A DNA stretch of 64,000 bases from the human T2T-CHM13v2.0 reference genome, Homo sapiens, in assembly GCF_009914755.1 (NCBI RefSeq), contig NC_060943.1. One strand, written 5' to 3'. The translations under genes were made by a program, and so were the position numbers. The stretch's first letter is position 1, and each line of letters opens with the position of its first letter. The notes under the pieces are model-generated. The model worked only from the letters and a program-made list of their open reading frames with translations, made no database searches and was not told where the DNA came from. Positions 13,301 to 27,800 of the stretch are shown piece after piece.

Positions 13301-16300
13301 TGGAAGCGGGATTTCTTCATATTCTGCTAGACAGAAGAATTCTCAGTAACTGCCTTGTGTTGTGTGTATTCAACTCACAGAGTTGAACGATCCTTTACAC
13401 AGAGCAGTCTTGAAACACTCTTTTTGTGGAATTTGCAAGTGGAGATTTCAGCCGCTTTGAGGTCAATGGTAGAATAGGAAATATCTTCCTATAGAAACTA
13501 GACAGAATGATTCTCAGAAACTCCTTTGTGATGTGTGCGTTCAACTCACAGAGTTTAACCTTTCTTTTCATAGAGCAGTTAGGAAACACTCTGTTTGTAA
13601 AGTCTGCAAGTGGATATTCAGACATCTTTGAGGCCTTCGTTGGAAACGGGATTTCTTCATGTTCTGCTAGACAAAAGAATTCTCAGAAACTTCCTTGTGT
13701 TGTGTGTTTTCAACTCACAGAGTTGAACGATGCTTTACACAGTGTAGACTTGAAACACTCTTTTTGTGTAATTTGCAAGTGGAGATTTCAGCCGCTTTGA
13801 GGTCAATGGTAGAAAAGGAAATATCTTCGTATAAAAACTAGACAGAATGATTCTCAGAAACTCCTTTGTGATGTGTCCGTTCAACTCACACAGTTTAACC
13901 TTTCTTTTCATAGAGCAGTTAGGAAACACTCTGTTTGTAAAGTCTGCAAGTGGAGATTCAGACCTCCTTGAGGCCTTCGTTGGAAACGGGATTTCTTCAT
14001 ATTATGCTAGACAGAAGAATTCTCAGTAACTTCCTTGTGTTGTGTGTATTCAACTCACAGAATTGAACGATCCTTTACACAGAGCAGACTTGAAACACTC
14101 TTTTTGTGGAATTTGCAAGTGGAGATTTCAGCCGCTTTGAGGTCAATGGTAGAATAGGAAATATCTTCATATAGAAATTAGACAGAATGATTCTCAGAAA
14201 CTCCTTTGTGATGTGTGCGTTCAACTCACACAGTTTAACCTTTCTTTTCATAGAGCAGTTAGGAAACACTCTGTTTGTAAAGTCTGCAGGTGGATATTCA
14301 GACCTCCTTGAGGCATTCGTTGGAAACGGGATTTCTTCATATTATGCTAGACAGAAGAATTCTCAGTAACTTCCTTGTGTTGTGTGTATTCAACTCACAG
14401 AGTTGAACGATCCTTTACACAGAGCAGACTTGAAACACTCTTTTTGTGGAATTTGCAAGTGGAGATTTCAGCCGCTTTGAGTTCAATGGTAGAATAGGAA
14501 ATATCTTCCTATAGAAACTAGACAGAATGATTCTCAGAAACTCCTTTGTGATGTGTGCGTTCAACTCACAGAGTTCAACCTTTCTTTTCATAGAGCAGTT
14601 GGGAAACACTCTGTTTGTAAAGTCTGCAAGTGGATATTCAGACTTCTTTGAGGCCTTCGTTGGAAGCGGGATTTCTTCATGTTCTGCTAGACAGAAGAAT
14701 TCTCAGTAACTGCCTTGTGTTGTGTGTATTCAACTCACAGAGTTGAACGATCCTTTACACAGAGCAGACTTGAAACACTCCTTTTGTGGAATTTGCAAGT
14801 GGAGATTTCAGCCGCTTTGAGGTCAATGTTAGAATAGGAAATATCTTCCTATAGAAACTAGACAGAATGATTCTCAGAAACTCCTTTGTGATGTGTGCGT
14901 TCAACTCACAGAGTTTAACCTTTCTTTTCATAGAGCAGTTAGGAAACACTGTGTTTGTAAAGTCTGCAAGTGGATATTCAGACATCCTTGAGGCTTTCGT
15001 TGGAAACGGGATTTCTTCATATTCTGCTAGAAAGAAGAATTCTCAGTAACTTCCTTGTGTTGTGTGTATTCAACTCACAGAGTTGAACGATCCTTTACAC
15101 AGAGCAGACTTGAAACACTCTTTTTGTGGAATTTGCAAGTGGAGATTTCAGCCGCTTTGAGTTCAATGGTAGAATAGGAAATATCTTCCTATAGAAACTA
15201 GACAGAATGATTCTCAGAAACTACTTTGTGATGTGTGCGTTCAACTCACAGAGTTCAACCTTTCTTTTAATAGAGCAGTTGGGAAACACTCTGTATGTAA
15301 AGTCTGCAAGTGGATATTCAGACTTCTTTGAGGCCTTCGTTGGAAGCGGGATTTCTTCATATTCTGCTAGACAGAAGAATTCTCAGTAACTTCCTTGTGT
15401 TGTGTGTATTCAACTCACAGAGTTGAACGATCCTTTACACAGAGCAGACTTGAAACACTCTTTTTGTGGAATTTGCCCGTGGAGATTTCAGCCGCTTTGA
15501 GGTCAATGGTAGAATAGGAAATATCTTCCTATAGAAACTAGACAGAATGATTCTCAGAAACTCCTTTGTGATGTGTGCGTTCAACTCACAGAGTTTAACC
15601 TTTCTTTTCATAGAGCAGTTAGGAAACACTCTGTTTGTAAAGTCTGCAAGTGGATATTCAGACATCCTTGAGGCTCTCGTTGGAAACGGGATTTCTTCAT
15701 ATTCTGCTAGAAAGAAGAATTCTCAGTAACTTCCTTGTGTTGTGTGTATTCAACTCACAGAGTTGAACGATCCTTTACACAGAGCAGACTTGAAACACTG
15801 TTTTTGTGGAATTTGCAAGTGGAGATTTCAGCCGCTTTGAGGTCAATGGTAGAATAGGAAATATCTTCCTATAGAAACTAGACAGAATGATTCTCAGAAA
15901 CTCCTTTGTGATGTGTGCGTTCAACTCACAGAGTTTAACCTTTCTTTTCATAGAGCAGTTGGGAAACACTCTGTTTGTAAAGTCTGCAAGTGGATATTCA
16001 GACATCCTTGAGGCTTTCGTTGGAAACGGGATTTCTTCATATTCTGCTAGAAAGAAGAATTCTCAGTAACTTCCTTGTGTTGTGTGTATTCAACTCACAG
16101 AGTTGAACGATCCTTTACACAGAGCAGACTTGAAACACTCTTTTTGTGGAATTTGCAAGTGGAGATTTCAGCCGCTTTGAGGTCAATGGTAGAATAGGAA
16201 ATATCTTCCTATAGAAACTAGACAGAATGATTCTCAGAAACTCCTTTGTGATGTGTGCGTTTAACTCACACAGTTTAACCTTTCTTTTCATAGAGCAGTT

Positions 16301-17700
16301 AGGAAACACTCTGTTTGTAAAGTCTGCAAGTGGATATTCAGACCTCCTTGAGGCCTTCGTTGGAAACGGGATTTCTTCATATTATGCTAGACAGAAGAAT
16401 TCTCAGTAACTTCCTTGTGTTGTGTGTATTCAACTCACAGAGTTGAACGATCCTTTACACAGAGCAGACTTGAAACACTCTTTTTGTGGAATTTGCAAGT
16501 GGAGATTTCAGCCGCTTTGAGTTCAATGGTAGAATAGGAAATATCTTCCTATAGAAACTAGACAGAATGATTCTCAGAAACTCCTTTGTGATGTGTGCGT
16601 TCAACTCACAGAGTTCAACCTTTCTTTTCATAGAGCAGTTGGGAAACACTCTGTTTGTAAAGTCTGCAAGTGGATATTCAGACTTCTTTGAGGCCTTCGT
16701 TGGAAGCGGGATTTCTTCATGTTCTGCTAGACAGAAGAATTCTCAGAAACTTCCTTGTGTTGTGTGTTTTCAACTCACAGAGTTGAACGATCCTTTACAC
16801 AGAGCAGACTTGAAACACTCCTTTTGTGGAATTTGCAAGTGGAGATTTCATCCGCTTTGAGGTCAATGGTAGAATAGGAAATATCTTCCTATAGAAAGTA
16901 GACAGAATGATTCTCAGAAACTCCTTTGTGATGTGTGCGTTCAACTCACACAGTTTAACCTTTCTTTTCATAGAGCAGTTAGGAAACACTCTGTTTGTAA
17001 AGTCTGCAAGTGGATATTCAGACCTCCTTGAGGCCTTCGTTGGAAACGGGATTTCTTCATATTCTGCTAGAAAGAAGAATTCTCAGTAACTTCCTTGTGT
17101 TGTGTGTATTCAACTCACAGAGTTGAACGATCCTTTACACAGAGCAGACTTGAAACACTCTTTTTGTGGAATTTGCAAGTGGAGATTTCAGCCGCTTTGA
17201 GGTCAATGGTAGAATAGGAAATATCTTCCTATAGAAACTAGACAGAATGATTCTCAGAAACTCCTTTGTGATGTGTGCGTTCAACTCACAGAGTTTAACC
17301 TTTCTTTTCATAGAGCAGTTAGGAAACACTCTGTTTGTAAAGTCTGCAAGTGGATATTCAGACATCTTTGAGGCCTTCGTTGGAAACGGGATTTCTTCAT
17401 GTTCTGCTAGACAGAAGAATTCTCAGAAACTTCCTTGTGTTGTGTGTTTTCAACTCACAGAGTTGAACGATGCTTTACACAGAGTAGACTTGAAACACTC
17501 TTTTTGTGTAATTTGCAAGTGGAGATTTCAGCCGCTTTGAGGTCAATGGTAGAAAAGGAAATATCTTCGTATAAAAAGTAGACAGAATGATTCTCAGAAA
17601 CTCCTTTGTGATGTGTGCGTTCAACTCACAGAGTTTAACCTTTCTTTTCATAGAGCAGTTAGGAAACACTCTGTTTGTAAAGTCTGCAAGTGGATATTCA
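1380..17700 (+). repeat. Tandem duplication of a 24-dimer (8160-bp) block: about 1380-9540 and 9540-17700
   Basis: Rare variants are shared at offset 8160 (8156 after the 4-bp deletion at about 10878). Examples: AAACAGG 1412/9572, CTTAATATAG ~1930/10090, GAATCACT ~2876/11032, GCCGATTT ~3595/11751, TGTCCGTT ~5718/13874, GCAGGTGG ~6130/14286, CTGTATGT ~7135/15291, ACACTGTTTT ~7639/15795. Confidence 0.93.
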
Positions 17701-20700
17701 GACCTCCTTGAGGCCTTCGTTGGAAACGGGATTTCTTCATATTATGCTAGACAGAAGAATTCTCAGTAAGTTCCCTGTGTTGTGTGTATTCAACTCACAG
17801 AGTTGAACGATCCTTTACACAGAGCAGACTTGAAACACTCTTTTTGTGGAATTTGCAAGTGGAGATTTCAGCCGCTTTGAGGTCAATGGTAGAATAGGAA
17901 ATATCTTCCTATAGAAACTAGACAGAATGATTCTCAGAAACTCCTTTGTGATGTGTGCGTTCAACTCACAGAGTTTAACCTTTCTTTTCATAGAGCAGTT
18001 AGGAAACACTCTGTTTGTAAAGTGTGCAAGTGGATATTCAGACCTCCTTAAGGCCTTCGTTGGAAACGGGATTTCTTCATATTATGCTAGACAGAAGAAT
18101 TCTCAGTAACTTCCTTGTGTTGTGTGTATTCAACTCACAGAGTTGAACGATCCTTTACACAGAGCAGACTTGAAACACTCTTTTTGTGGAATTTGCAAGT
18201 GGAGATTTCAGCCGCTTTGAGGTCAATGGTAGAATAGGAAATATCTTCCTATAGAAACTAGACAGAATGATTCTCAGAAACTCCTTTGTGATGTGTGCGT
18301 TCAACTCACACAGTTTAACCTTTCTTTTCATAGAGCAGTTAGGAAACACTCTGTTTGTAAAGTCTGCAAGTGGATATTCAGACCTCCTTGAGGCCTTCGT
18401 TGGAAACGGGATTTCTTCATATTATGCTAGACAGAAGAATTCTCAGTAACTTCCTTGTGTTGTGTGTATTCAACTCACAGAGTTGAACGATCCTTTACAC
18501 AGAGCAGACTTGAAACACTCTTTTTGTGGAATTTGCAAGTGGAGATTTCAGCCGCTTTGAGTTCAATGGTAGAATAGGAAATATCTTCCTATAGAAACTA
18601 GACAGAATGATTCTCAGAAACTCCTTTGTGATGTGTGCGTTCAACTCACAGAGTTCAACCTTTCTTTTCATAGAGCAGTTGGGAAACACTCTGTTTGTAA
18701 AGTCTGCAAGTGGATATTCAGACTTCTTTGAGGCCTTCGTTGGAAGCGGGATTTCTTCATATTCTGCTAGACAGAAGAATTCTCAGTAACTGCCTTGTGT
18801 TGTGTGTATTCAACTCACAGAGTTGAACGATCCTTTACACAGAGCAGACTTGAAACACTCTTTTTGTGGAACTTGCAAGTGGAGATTTCAGCCGCTTTGA
18901 GGTCAATGGTAGAATAGGAAATATCTTCCTATAGAAACTAGACAGAATGATTCTCAGAAACTCCTTTGTGATGTGTGCGTTCAACTCACAGAGTTTAACC
19001 TTTCTTTTCATAGAGCAGTTAGGAAACACTCTGTTTGTAAAGTCTGCAAGTGGATATTCAGACATCCTTGAGGCTTTCGTTGGAAACGGGATTTCTTCAT
19101 ATTCTGCTAGAAAGAAGAATTCTCAGTAACTTCCTTGTGTTGTGTGTATTCAACTCACAGAGTTGAACGATCCTTTACACAGAGCAGACTTGAAACACTC
19201 TTTTTGTTGAATTTGCAAGTGGAGATTTCAGCCGCTTTGAGGTCAATGGTAGAATAGGAAATATCTTCCTATAGAAACTAGACAGAATGATTCTCAGAAA
19301 CTCCTTTGTGATGTGTGCGTTCAACTCACAGAGTTTAACCTTTCTTTTCATAGAGCAGTTAGGAAACACTCTGTTTGTAAAGTCTGCAAGTGGATATTGA
19401 GACATCTTTGAGGCCTTCGTTGGAAACGGGATTTCTTCATGTTCTGCTAGACAGAAGAATTCTCAGAAACTTCCTTGTGTTGTGTGTTTTCAACTCACAG
19501 AGTTGAACGATGCTTTACACAGAGTAGACTTGAAACACTCTTTTTGTGGAATTTGCAAGTGGAGATTTCAGCCGCTTTGAGGTCAATGGTAGAAAAGGAA
19601 ATATCTTCGTATAAAAACAAGACAGAATGATTCTCAGAAACTCCTTTGTGATGTGTGCGTTCAACTCACAGAGTTTAACCTTTCTTTTCATAGAGCAGTT
19701 AGGAAACACTCTGTTTGTAAAGTCTGCAAGTGGATATTCAGACCTCCTTGAGTCCTTCGTTGGAAACGGGATTTCTTCATATTATGCTAGACAGAAGAAT
19801 TCTCAGTAACTTCCTTGTGTTGTGTGTATTCAACTCACAGAGTTGAACGATCCTTTACACAGAGCAGACTTGAAACACTCTTTTTGTGGAATTTGCAAGT
19901 GGAGATTTCAGCCGCTTTGAGGTCAATGGTAGAATAGGAAATATCTTCATACAGAAACTAGACAGAATGATTCTCAGAAACTCCTTTGTGATGTGTGCGT
20001 TCAACTCACACAGTTTAACCTGTCTTTTCATAGAGCAGTTAGGAAACACTCTGTTTGTAAAGTCTGCAAGTGGATATTCAGACCTCCTTGAGGCATTCGT
20101 TGGAAACGGGATTTCTTCATATTATGCTAGACAGAAGAATTCTCAGTAACTTCCTTGTGTTGTGTGTATTCAACTCACAGAGTTGAACGATCCTTTACAC
20201 AGAGCAGACTTGAAACACTCTTTTTGTGGAATTTGCAAGTGGAGATTTCAGCCGCTTTCAGGTCAATGGTAGAATAGGAAATATCTTCCTATAGAAACTA
20301 GACAGAATGATTCTCAGAAACTCCTTTGTGATGTGTGCGTTCAACTCACAGAGTTTAACCTTTCTTTTCATAGAGCAGTTAGGAAACACTCTGTTTGTAA
20401 AGTCTGCAAGTGGATATTCAGACATCCTTGAGGCTTTCGTTGGAAACGGGATTTCTTCATATTCTGCTAGAAAGAAGAATTCTCAGTAACTTCCTTGTGT
20501 TGTGTGTATTCAACTCACAGAGTTCAACGATCCTTTACACAGAGCAGACTTGAAACACTCTTTTTGTGGAATTTGCAAGTGGAGATTTCAGCCGCTTTGT
20601 GGTCAAAGGTAGAATAGGAAATATCTTCCTATAGAAACTAGACAGAATGATTCTCAGAAACTCCTTTGTGATGTGTGCGTTCAACTCACAGAGTTTAACC

Positions 20701-22129
20701 TTTCTTTTCATAGAGCAGTTAGGAAACACTCTGTTTGTAAAGGCTGCAAGTGGATATTCAGACATCTTTGAGGCCTTCGTTGGAAAAGGGATTTCTTCAT
20801 GTTCTGCTAGAAAGAAGAATTCTCAGAAACTTCCTTGTGTTGTGTGTTTTCAACTCACAGAGTTGAACGATGCTTTACACAGAGTAGACTTGAAACACTC
20901 TTTTTGTGTAATTTGCAAGTGGAGATTTCAGCCGCTTTGAGGTCAATGGTAGAAAAGGAAATATCTTCGTATAAAAACTAGACAGAATGATTCTCAGAAA
21001 CTCCTTTGTGATGTGTGCGTTCAACTCACAGAGTTTAACCTTTCTTTTCATAGAGCAGTTAGGAAACACTCTGTTTGTAAAGTCTGCAAGTGGATATTCA
21101 GACCTCCTTGAGGCCTTCTTTGGAAACGGGATTTCTTCATATTATGCTAGACAGAAGAATTCTCAGTAACTTCCTTGTGTTGTGTGTATTCAAAACACAG
21201 AGTTGAACGATCCTTTACACAGAGCAGACTTGAAACACTCTTTTTGTGGAATTTGCAAGTGGAGATTTCAGCCGCTTTGAGGTCAATGGTAGAATAGGAA
21301 ATATCTTCCTATAGAAACTAGACAGAATGATTCTCAGAAACTCCTTTGTGATGTGTGCGTTCAACTCACACAGTTTAACCTTTCTTTTCATAGAGCAGTT
21401 AGGAAACACTCTGTTTGTAAAGTCTGCAAGTGGATATACAGACCTCCTTGAGGCATTCGTTGGAAACGGGATTTCTTCATATTATGCTAGACAGAAGAAT
21501 TCTCAGTAACTTCCTTGTGTTGTGTGTATTCAACTCACAGAGTTGAACGATCCTTTACACAGAGCAGACTTGAAACACTCTTTTTGTGGAATTTGCAAGT
21601 GGAGATTTCAGCCGCTTTGAGGTCAATGGTAGAATTGGAAATATCTTCCTATAGAAACTAGACAGAATGATTCTCAGAAACTCCTTTGTGATGTGTGCGT
21701 TCAACTCACAGAGTTCAACCTTTCTTTTCATAGAGCAGTTAGGAAACACTTTGTTTGTAAAGTCTGCAAGTGGATATTCAGACTTCTTTGAGGCCTTCGT
21801 TGGAAGCGGGATTTCTTCATGTTCTGCTAGACAGAAGAATTCTCAGAAACTTCCTTGTGTTGTGTGTTTTCAACTCACAGTGTTGAACCATCCTTTACAC
21901 AGTGTAGACTTGAAACACTCTTTTTGTGGAATTTGCAAGTGGAGATTTCAGCCGCTTTGAGGTCAATGGTAGAAAAGGAAATATCTTCGTATAAAAACTA
22001 GACAGAATGATTCTCAGAAACTCCTTTGTGATGTGTGCGTTCAACTCACAGAGTTTAACCTTTCTTTTCATAGAGCAGTTAGGAAACACTCTGTTTGTAA
22101 AGTCTGCAAGTGGATATTCAGACCTCCTT

Positions 22130-23480
22130 GAGGCTTTCGTTGGAAACGGGATTTCTTCATATTCTGCTAGAAAGAAGAATTCTCAGTAACTTCTTTGTGT
22201 TGTGTGTATTCAACTCACAGAGTTGAACGATCCTTTACACAGAGCAGACTTGAAACACTCTTTTTGTTGAATTTGCAAGTGGAGATTTCAGCCGCTTTGA
22301 GGTCAATGGTAGAATAGGAAATATCTTCCTATAGAAACTAGACAGAATGATTCTCAGAAACTCCTTTGTGATGTGTGCGTTCAACTCACAGAGTTTAACC
22401 TTTCTTTTCATAGAGCAGTTAGGAAACACTCTGTTTGTAAAGTCTGCAAGTGGATATTGAGACATCTTTGAGGCCTTCGTTGGAAACGGGATTTCTTCAT
22501 GTTCTGCTAGACAGAAGAATTCTCAGAAACTTCCTTGTGTTGTGTGTTTTCAACTCACAGAGTTGAACGATGCTTTACACAGAGTAGACTTGAAACACTC
22601 TTTTTGTGTAATTTGCAAGTGGAGATTTCAGCCGCTTTGAGGTCAATGGTAGAAAAGGAAATATCTTCGTATAAAAACAAGACAGAATGATTCTCAGAAA
22701 CTCCTTTGTGATGTGTGCGTTCAACTCACAGAGTTTAACCTTTCTTTTCATAGAGCAGTTAGGAAACACTCTGTTTGTAAAGTCTGCAAGTGGATATTCA
22801 GACCTCCTTGAGTCCTTCGTTGGAAACGGGATTTGTTCATATTATGCTAGACAGAAGAATTCTCAGTAACTTCCTTGTGTTGTGTGTATTCAACTCACAG
22901 AGTTGAACGATCCTTTACACAGAGCAGACTTGAAACACTCTTTTTGTGGAATTTGCAAGTGGAGATTTCAGCCGCTTTGAGGTCAATGGTAGAATAGGAA
23001 ATATCTTCATACAGAAACTAGACAGAATGATTCTCAGAAACTCCTTTGTGATGTGTGCGTTCAACTCACAGAGTTTAACCTTTCTTTTCATAGAGCAGTT
23101 AGGAAACACTCTGTTTGTAAAGTCTGCAAGTGGATATTCAGACCTCCTTGAGGCATTCGTTGGAAACGGGATTTCTTCATATTATGCTAGACAGAAGAAT
23201 TCTCAGTAACTTCCTTGTGTTGTGTGTATTCAACTCACAGAGTTGAACGATCCTTTACACAGAGCAGACTTGAAACACTCTTTTTGTGGAATTTGCAAGT
23301 GGAGATTTCAGCCGCTTTCAGGTCAATGGTAGAATAGGAAATATCTTCCTATAGAAACTAGACAGAATGATTCTCAGAAACTCCTTTGTGATGTGTGCGT
23401 TCAACTCACAGAGTTTAACCTTTCTTTTCATAGAGCAGTTAGGAAACACTCTGTTTGTAAAGTCTGCAAGTGGATATTCA
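22130..23480 (+). repeat. About 1.3-kb (4-dimer) copy of about 19070-20420, offset 3060
   Basis: Shared variants: GTTGAATT 19206/22266, GGATATTGAG 19392/22452, AAAACAAG ~19614/22674, GAGTCCTT 19750/22810, CATACAG 19948/23008, GCTTTCAGG 20254/23314. Confidence 0.9.
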
Positions 23481-24815
23481 GACCTCCTTAAGGCCTTCGT
23501 TGGAAACGGGATTTCTTCATATTATGCTAGACAGAAGAATTCTCAGTAACTTCCTTGTGTTGTGTGTATTCAACTCACAGAGTTGAACGATCCTTTACAC
23601 AGAGCAGACTTGAAACACTCTTTTTGTGGAATTTGCAAGTGGAGATTTCAGCCGCTTTGAGGTCAATGGTAGAATAGGAAATATCTTCCTATAGAAACTA
23701 GACAGAATGATTCTGAGAAACTCCTTTGTGATGTGTGCGTTCAACTCACACAGTTTAACCTTTCTTATCATAGAGCAGTTAGGAAACACTCTGTTTGTAA
23801 AGTCTGCAAGTGGATATTCCGACCTCCTTGAGGCCTTCGTTGGAAACGGGATTTCTTCATATTATGCTAGACAGAAGAATTCTCAGTAACTTCCTTGTGT
23901 TGTGTGTATTCAACTCACAGAGTTGAACGATCCTTTACACAGAGCAGACTTGAAACACTCTTTTTGTGGAATTTGCAAGTGGAGATTTCAGCCTCTTTGA
24001 GATCAATGGTAGAATAGGAAATATCTTACTATAGAAACTAGACAGAATGATTCTCAGAAACTCCTTTGTGATGTGTGCGTTCAACTCACAGAGTTCAACC
24101 TTTCTTTTCATAGAGCAGTTGGGAAACACTCTGTTTGTAAAGTCTGCAAGTGGATATTCAGACTTCTTTGAGGCCTTCGTTGGAAGCGGGATTTCTTCAT
24201 GTTCTGCTAGACAGAAGAATTCTCAGAAACTTCCTTGTGTTGTGTGTTTTCAACTCACAGAGTTGAACGATCCTTTACACAGAGCAGACTTGAAACACTC
24301 CTTTTGTGGAATTTGCAAGTGGAGATTTCAGCCGCTTTGAGGTCAATGGTAGAATAGGAAATATCTTCCTATAGAAAGTAGACAGAATGATTCTCAGAAA
24401 CTCCTTTGTGATGTGTGCGTTCAACTCACAGAGTTTAACCTTTCTTTTCATAGAGCAGTTAGGAAACACTCTGTTTGTAAAGTCTGCAAGTGGATATTCA
24501 GACCTCCTTGAGGCCTTCGTTGGAAACAGGATTTCTTCATATTCTGCTAGACAGAAGAATTCTCAGTAACTGCCTTGTGTTGTGTGTATTCAACTCACAG
24601 AGTTGAACGATCCTTTACACAGAGCAGACTTGAAACACTCTTTTTGTGGAATTTGCAAGTGGAGATTTCAGCCGCTTTGAGTTCAATGGTAGAATAGGAA
24701 ATATCTTCCTATAGAAACTAGACAGAATGATTCTCAGAAACTCCTTTGTGATGTGTGCGTTCAACTCACAGAGTTCAACCTTTCTTTTCATAGAGCAGTT
24801 GGGAAACACTCTGTT

Positions 24816-27800
24816 TGTAAAGTCTGCAAGTGGATATTCAGACTTCTTTGAGGCCTTCGTTGGAAGCGGGATTTCTTCATGTTCTGCTAGACAGAAGAAT
24901 TCTCAGAAACTTCCTTGTGTTGTGTGTTTTCAACTCACAGAGTTGAACGATCCTTTACACAGAGCAGACTTGAAACACTCCTTTTGTGGAATTTGCAAGT
25001 GGAGATTTCAGCCGCTTTGAGGTCAATGGTAGAATAGGAAATATCTTCCTATAGAAACTAGACAGAATGATTCTGAGAAATCCTTTGTGATGTGTGCGTT
25101 CAACTCACAGAGTTTAACCTTTCTTTTCATAGAGCAGTTAGGAAACACTCTGTTTGTAAAGTCTGCAAGTGGATATTCAGACCTCCTTGAGGCCTTCGTT
25201 GGAAACGGGATTTCTTCATATTATGCTAGACAGAGGAATTCTCAGTAACTTCCTTGTGTTGTGTGTATTCAACTCACAGAGTTGAACGATCCTTTACACA
25301 GAGCAGACTTGAAACACTCTTTTTGTGGAATTTGCAAGTGGAGATTTCAGCCGCTTTGAGTTCAATGGTAGAATAGGAAATATCTTCCTATAGAAACTAC
25401 AGAGAATGATTCTCAGAAACTCCTTTGTGATGTGTGCGTTCAACTCACAGAGTTCAACCTTTCTTTTCATAGAGCAGTTGGGAAACACTCTGTTTGTAAA
25501 GTCTGCAAGTGGATATTCAGACTTCTTTGAGGCCTTCGTTGGAAGCGGGATTTCTTCAGATTCTGCTAGACAGAAGAATTCTCAGTAACTTCCTTGTGTT
25601 GTGTGTATTCAACTCACAGAGTTGAACGATCCTTTACACAGAGCAGACTTGAAACACTCTTTTTGTGGAATTTGCAAGTGGAGATTTCAGCTGCTTTGAG
25701 GTCAATGGTAGAATAGGAAATATCTTCCTATAGAAACTAGACAGAATGATTCTCAGAAACTCCTTTGTGATGTGTGCGTTCAACTCACAGAGTTCAACCT
25801 TTCTTTTCATAGAGCAGTTAGGAAACACTCTGTTTGTAAAGTCTGCAAGTGGATATTCAGACTTCTTTGAGGCCTTCGTTGGAAGCGGGATTTCTTCATG
25901 TTCTGCTAGACAGAAGAATTCTCAGAAACTTCCTTGTGTTGTGTGTTTTCAACTCACAGAGTTGAACGATCCTTTACACAGAGCAGACTTGAAACACTCC
26001 TTTTGTGGAATTTGCAAGTGGAGATTTCAGCCGCTTTGAGGTCAATGGTAGAATAGGAAATATCTTCCTATAGAAAGTAGACAGAATGATTCTCAGAAAC
26101 TCCTTTGTGATGTGTGCGTTCAATTCACAGAGTTTAACCTTTCTTTTCATAGAGCAGTTAGGAAACACTCTGTTTGTAAAGTCTGCAAGTGGATATTCAG
26201 ACCTCCTTGAGGCCTTCGTTGGAAACAGGATTTCTTCATATTCTGCTAGACAGAAGAATTCTCAGTAACTTCCTTGTGTTGTGTGTATTCAACTCACAGA
26301 GTTGAACGATCCTTTACACAGAGCAGACTTGAAACACTCTTTTTGTGGAATTTGCAAGTGGAGATTTCAGCCGCTTTGAGTTCAATGGTAGAATAGGAAA
26401 TATCTTCCTATAGAAACTAGACAGAATGATTCTCAGAAACTCCTTTGTGATGTGTGCGTTCAACTCACAGAGTTCAACCTTTCTTTTCATAGAGCAGTTG
26501 GGAAACACTCTGTTTGTAAAGTCTGCAAGTGGATATTCAGACTTCTTTGAGGCCTTCGTTGGAAGCGGGATTTCTTCATATTCTGCTAGACAGAAGAATT
26601 CTCAGTAACTGCCTTGTGTTGTGTGTATTCAACTCACAGAGTTGAACGATCCTTTACACAGAGCAGACTTGAAACACTCTTTTTGTGGAACTTGCAAGTG
26701 GAGATTTCAGCCGCTTTGAGGTCAATGGTAGAATAGGAAATATCTTCCTATAGAAACTAGACAGAATGATTCTCAGAAACTCCTTTGTGATGTGTGCGTT
26801 CAACTCACAGAGTTTAACCTTTCTTTTCATAGAGCAGTTAGGAAACACTCTGTTTGTAAAGTCTGCAAGTGGATATTCAGACATCCTTGAAGCTTTCGTT
26901 GGAAACGGGATTTCTTCATATTCTGCTAGAAAGAAGAATTCTCAGTAACTTCCTTGTGTTGTGTGTATTCAACTCACAGAGTTGAACGATCCTTTACACA
27001 GAGCAGACTTGAAACACTCTTTTTGTGGAATTTGCAAATGGAGATTTCAGCCGCTTTGAGGTCAATGGTAGAATAGGAAATATCTTCCTATAGAAACTAG
27101 ACAGAATGATTCTCAGAAACTCCTTTGTGATGTGTGCGTTCAACTCACAGAGTTTAACCTTTCTTTTCATAGAGCAGTTAGGAAACACTCTGTTTGTAAA
27201 GTCTGCAAGTGGATATTCAGACATCTTTGAGGCCTTCGTTGGAAACGGGATTTCTTCATGTTCTGCTAGACAGAAGAATTCTCAGAAACTTCCTTGTGTT
27301 TTGTGTTTTCAACTCACAGAGTTGAACGATGCTTTACACAGAGTAGACTTGAAACACTCTTTTTGTGTAATTTGCAAGTGGAGATTTTAGCCACTTTGAG
27401 GTCAATGGTAGAAAAGGAAATATCTTCGTATAAAAACTAGACAGAATGATTCTCAGAAACTCCTTTGTGATGTGTGCGTTCAACTCACAGAGTTTAACCT
27501 TTCTTTTCATAGAGTAGTTAGGAAACACTCTGTTTGTAAAGTCTGCAAGTGGATATTCAGACCTCCTTGAGGCCTTCGTTGGAAACGGGATTTCTTCATA
27601 TTTTGCTAGACAGAAGAATTCTCAGTAACTTCCTTGTGTTGTGTGTATTCAACTCACAGAGTTGAACGATCCTTTACACAGAGCAGACTTGAATCACTCT
27701 TTTTGTGGAATTTGCAAGTGGAGATTTCAGCCGCTTTGAGGTCAATGGTAGAATAGGAAATATCTTCCTATAGAAACTACACAGAATGATTCTCAGAAAC

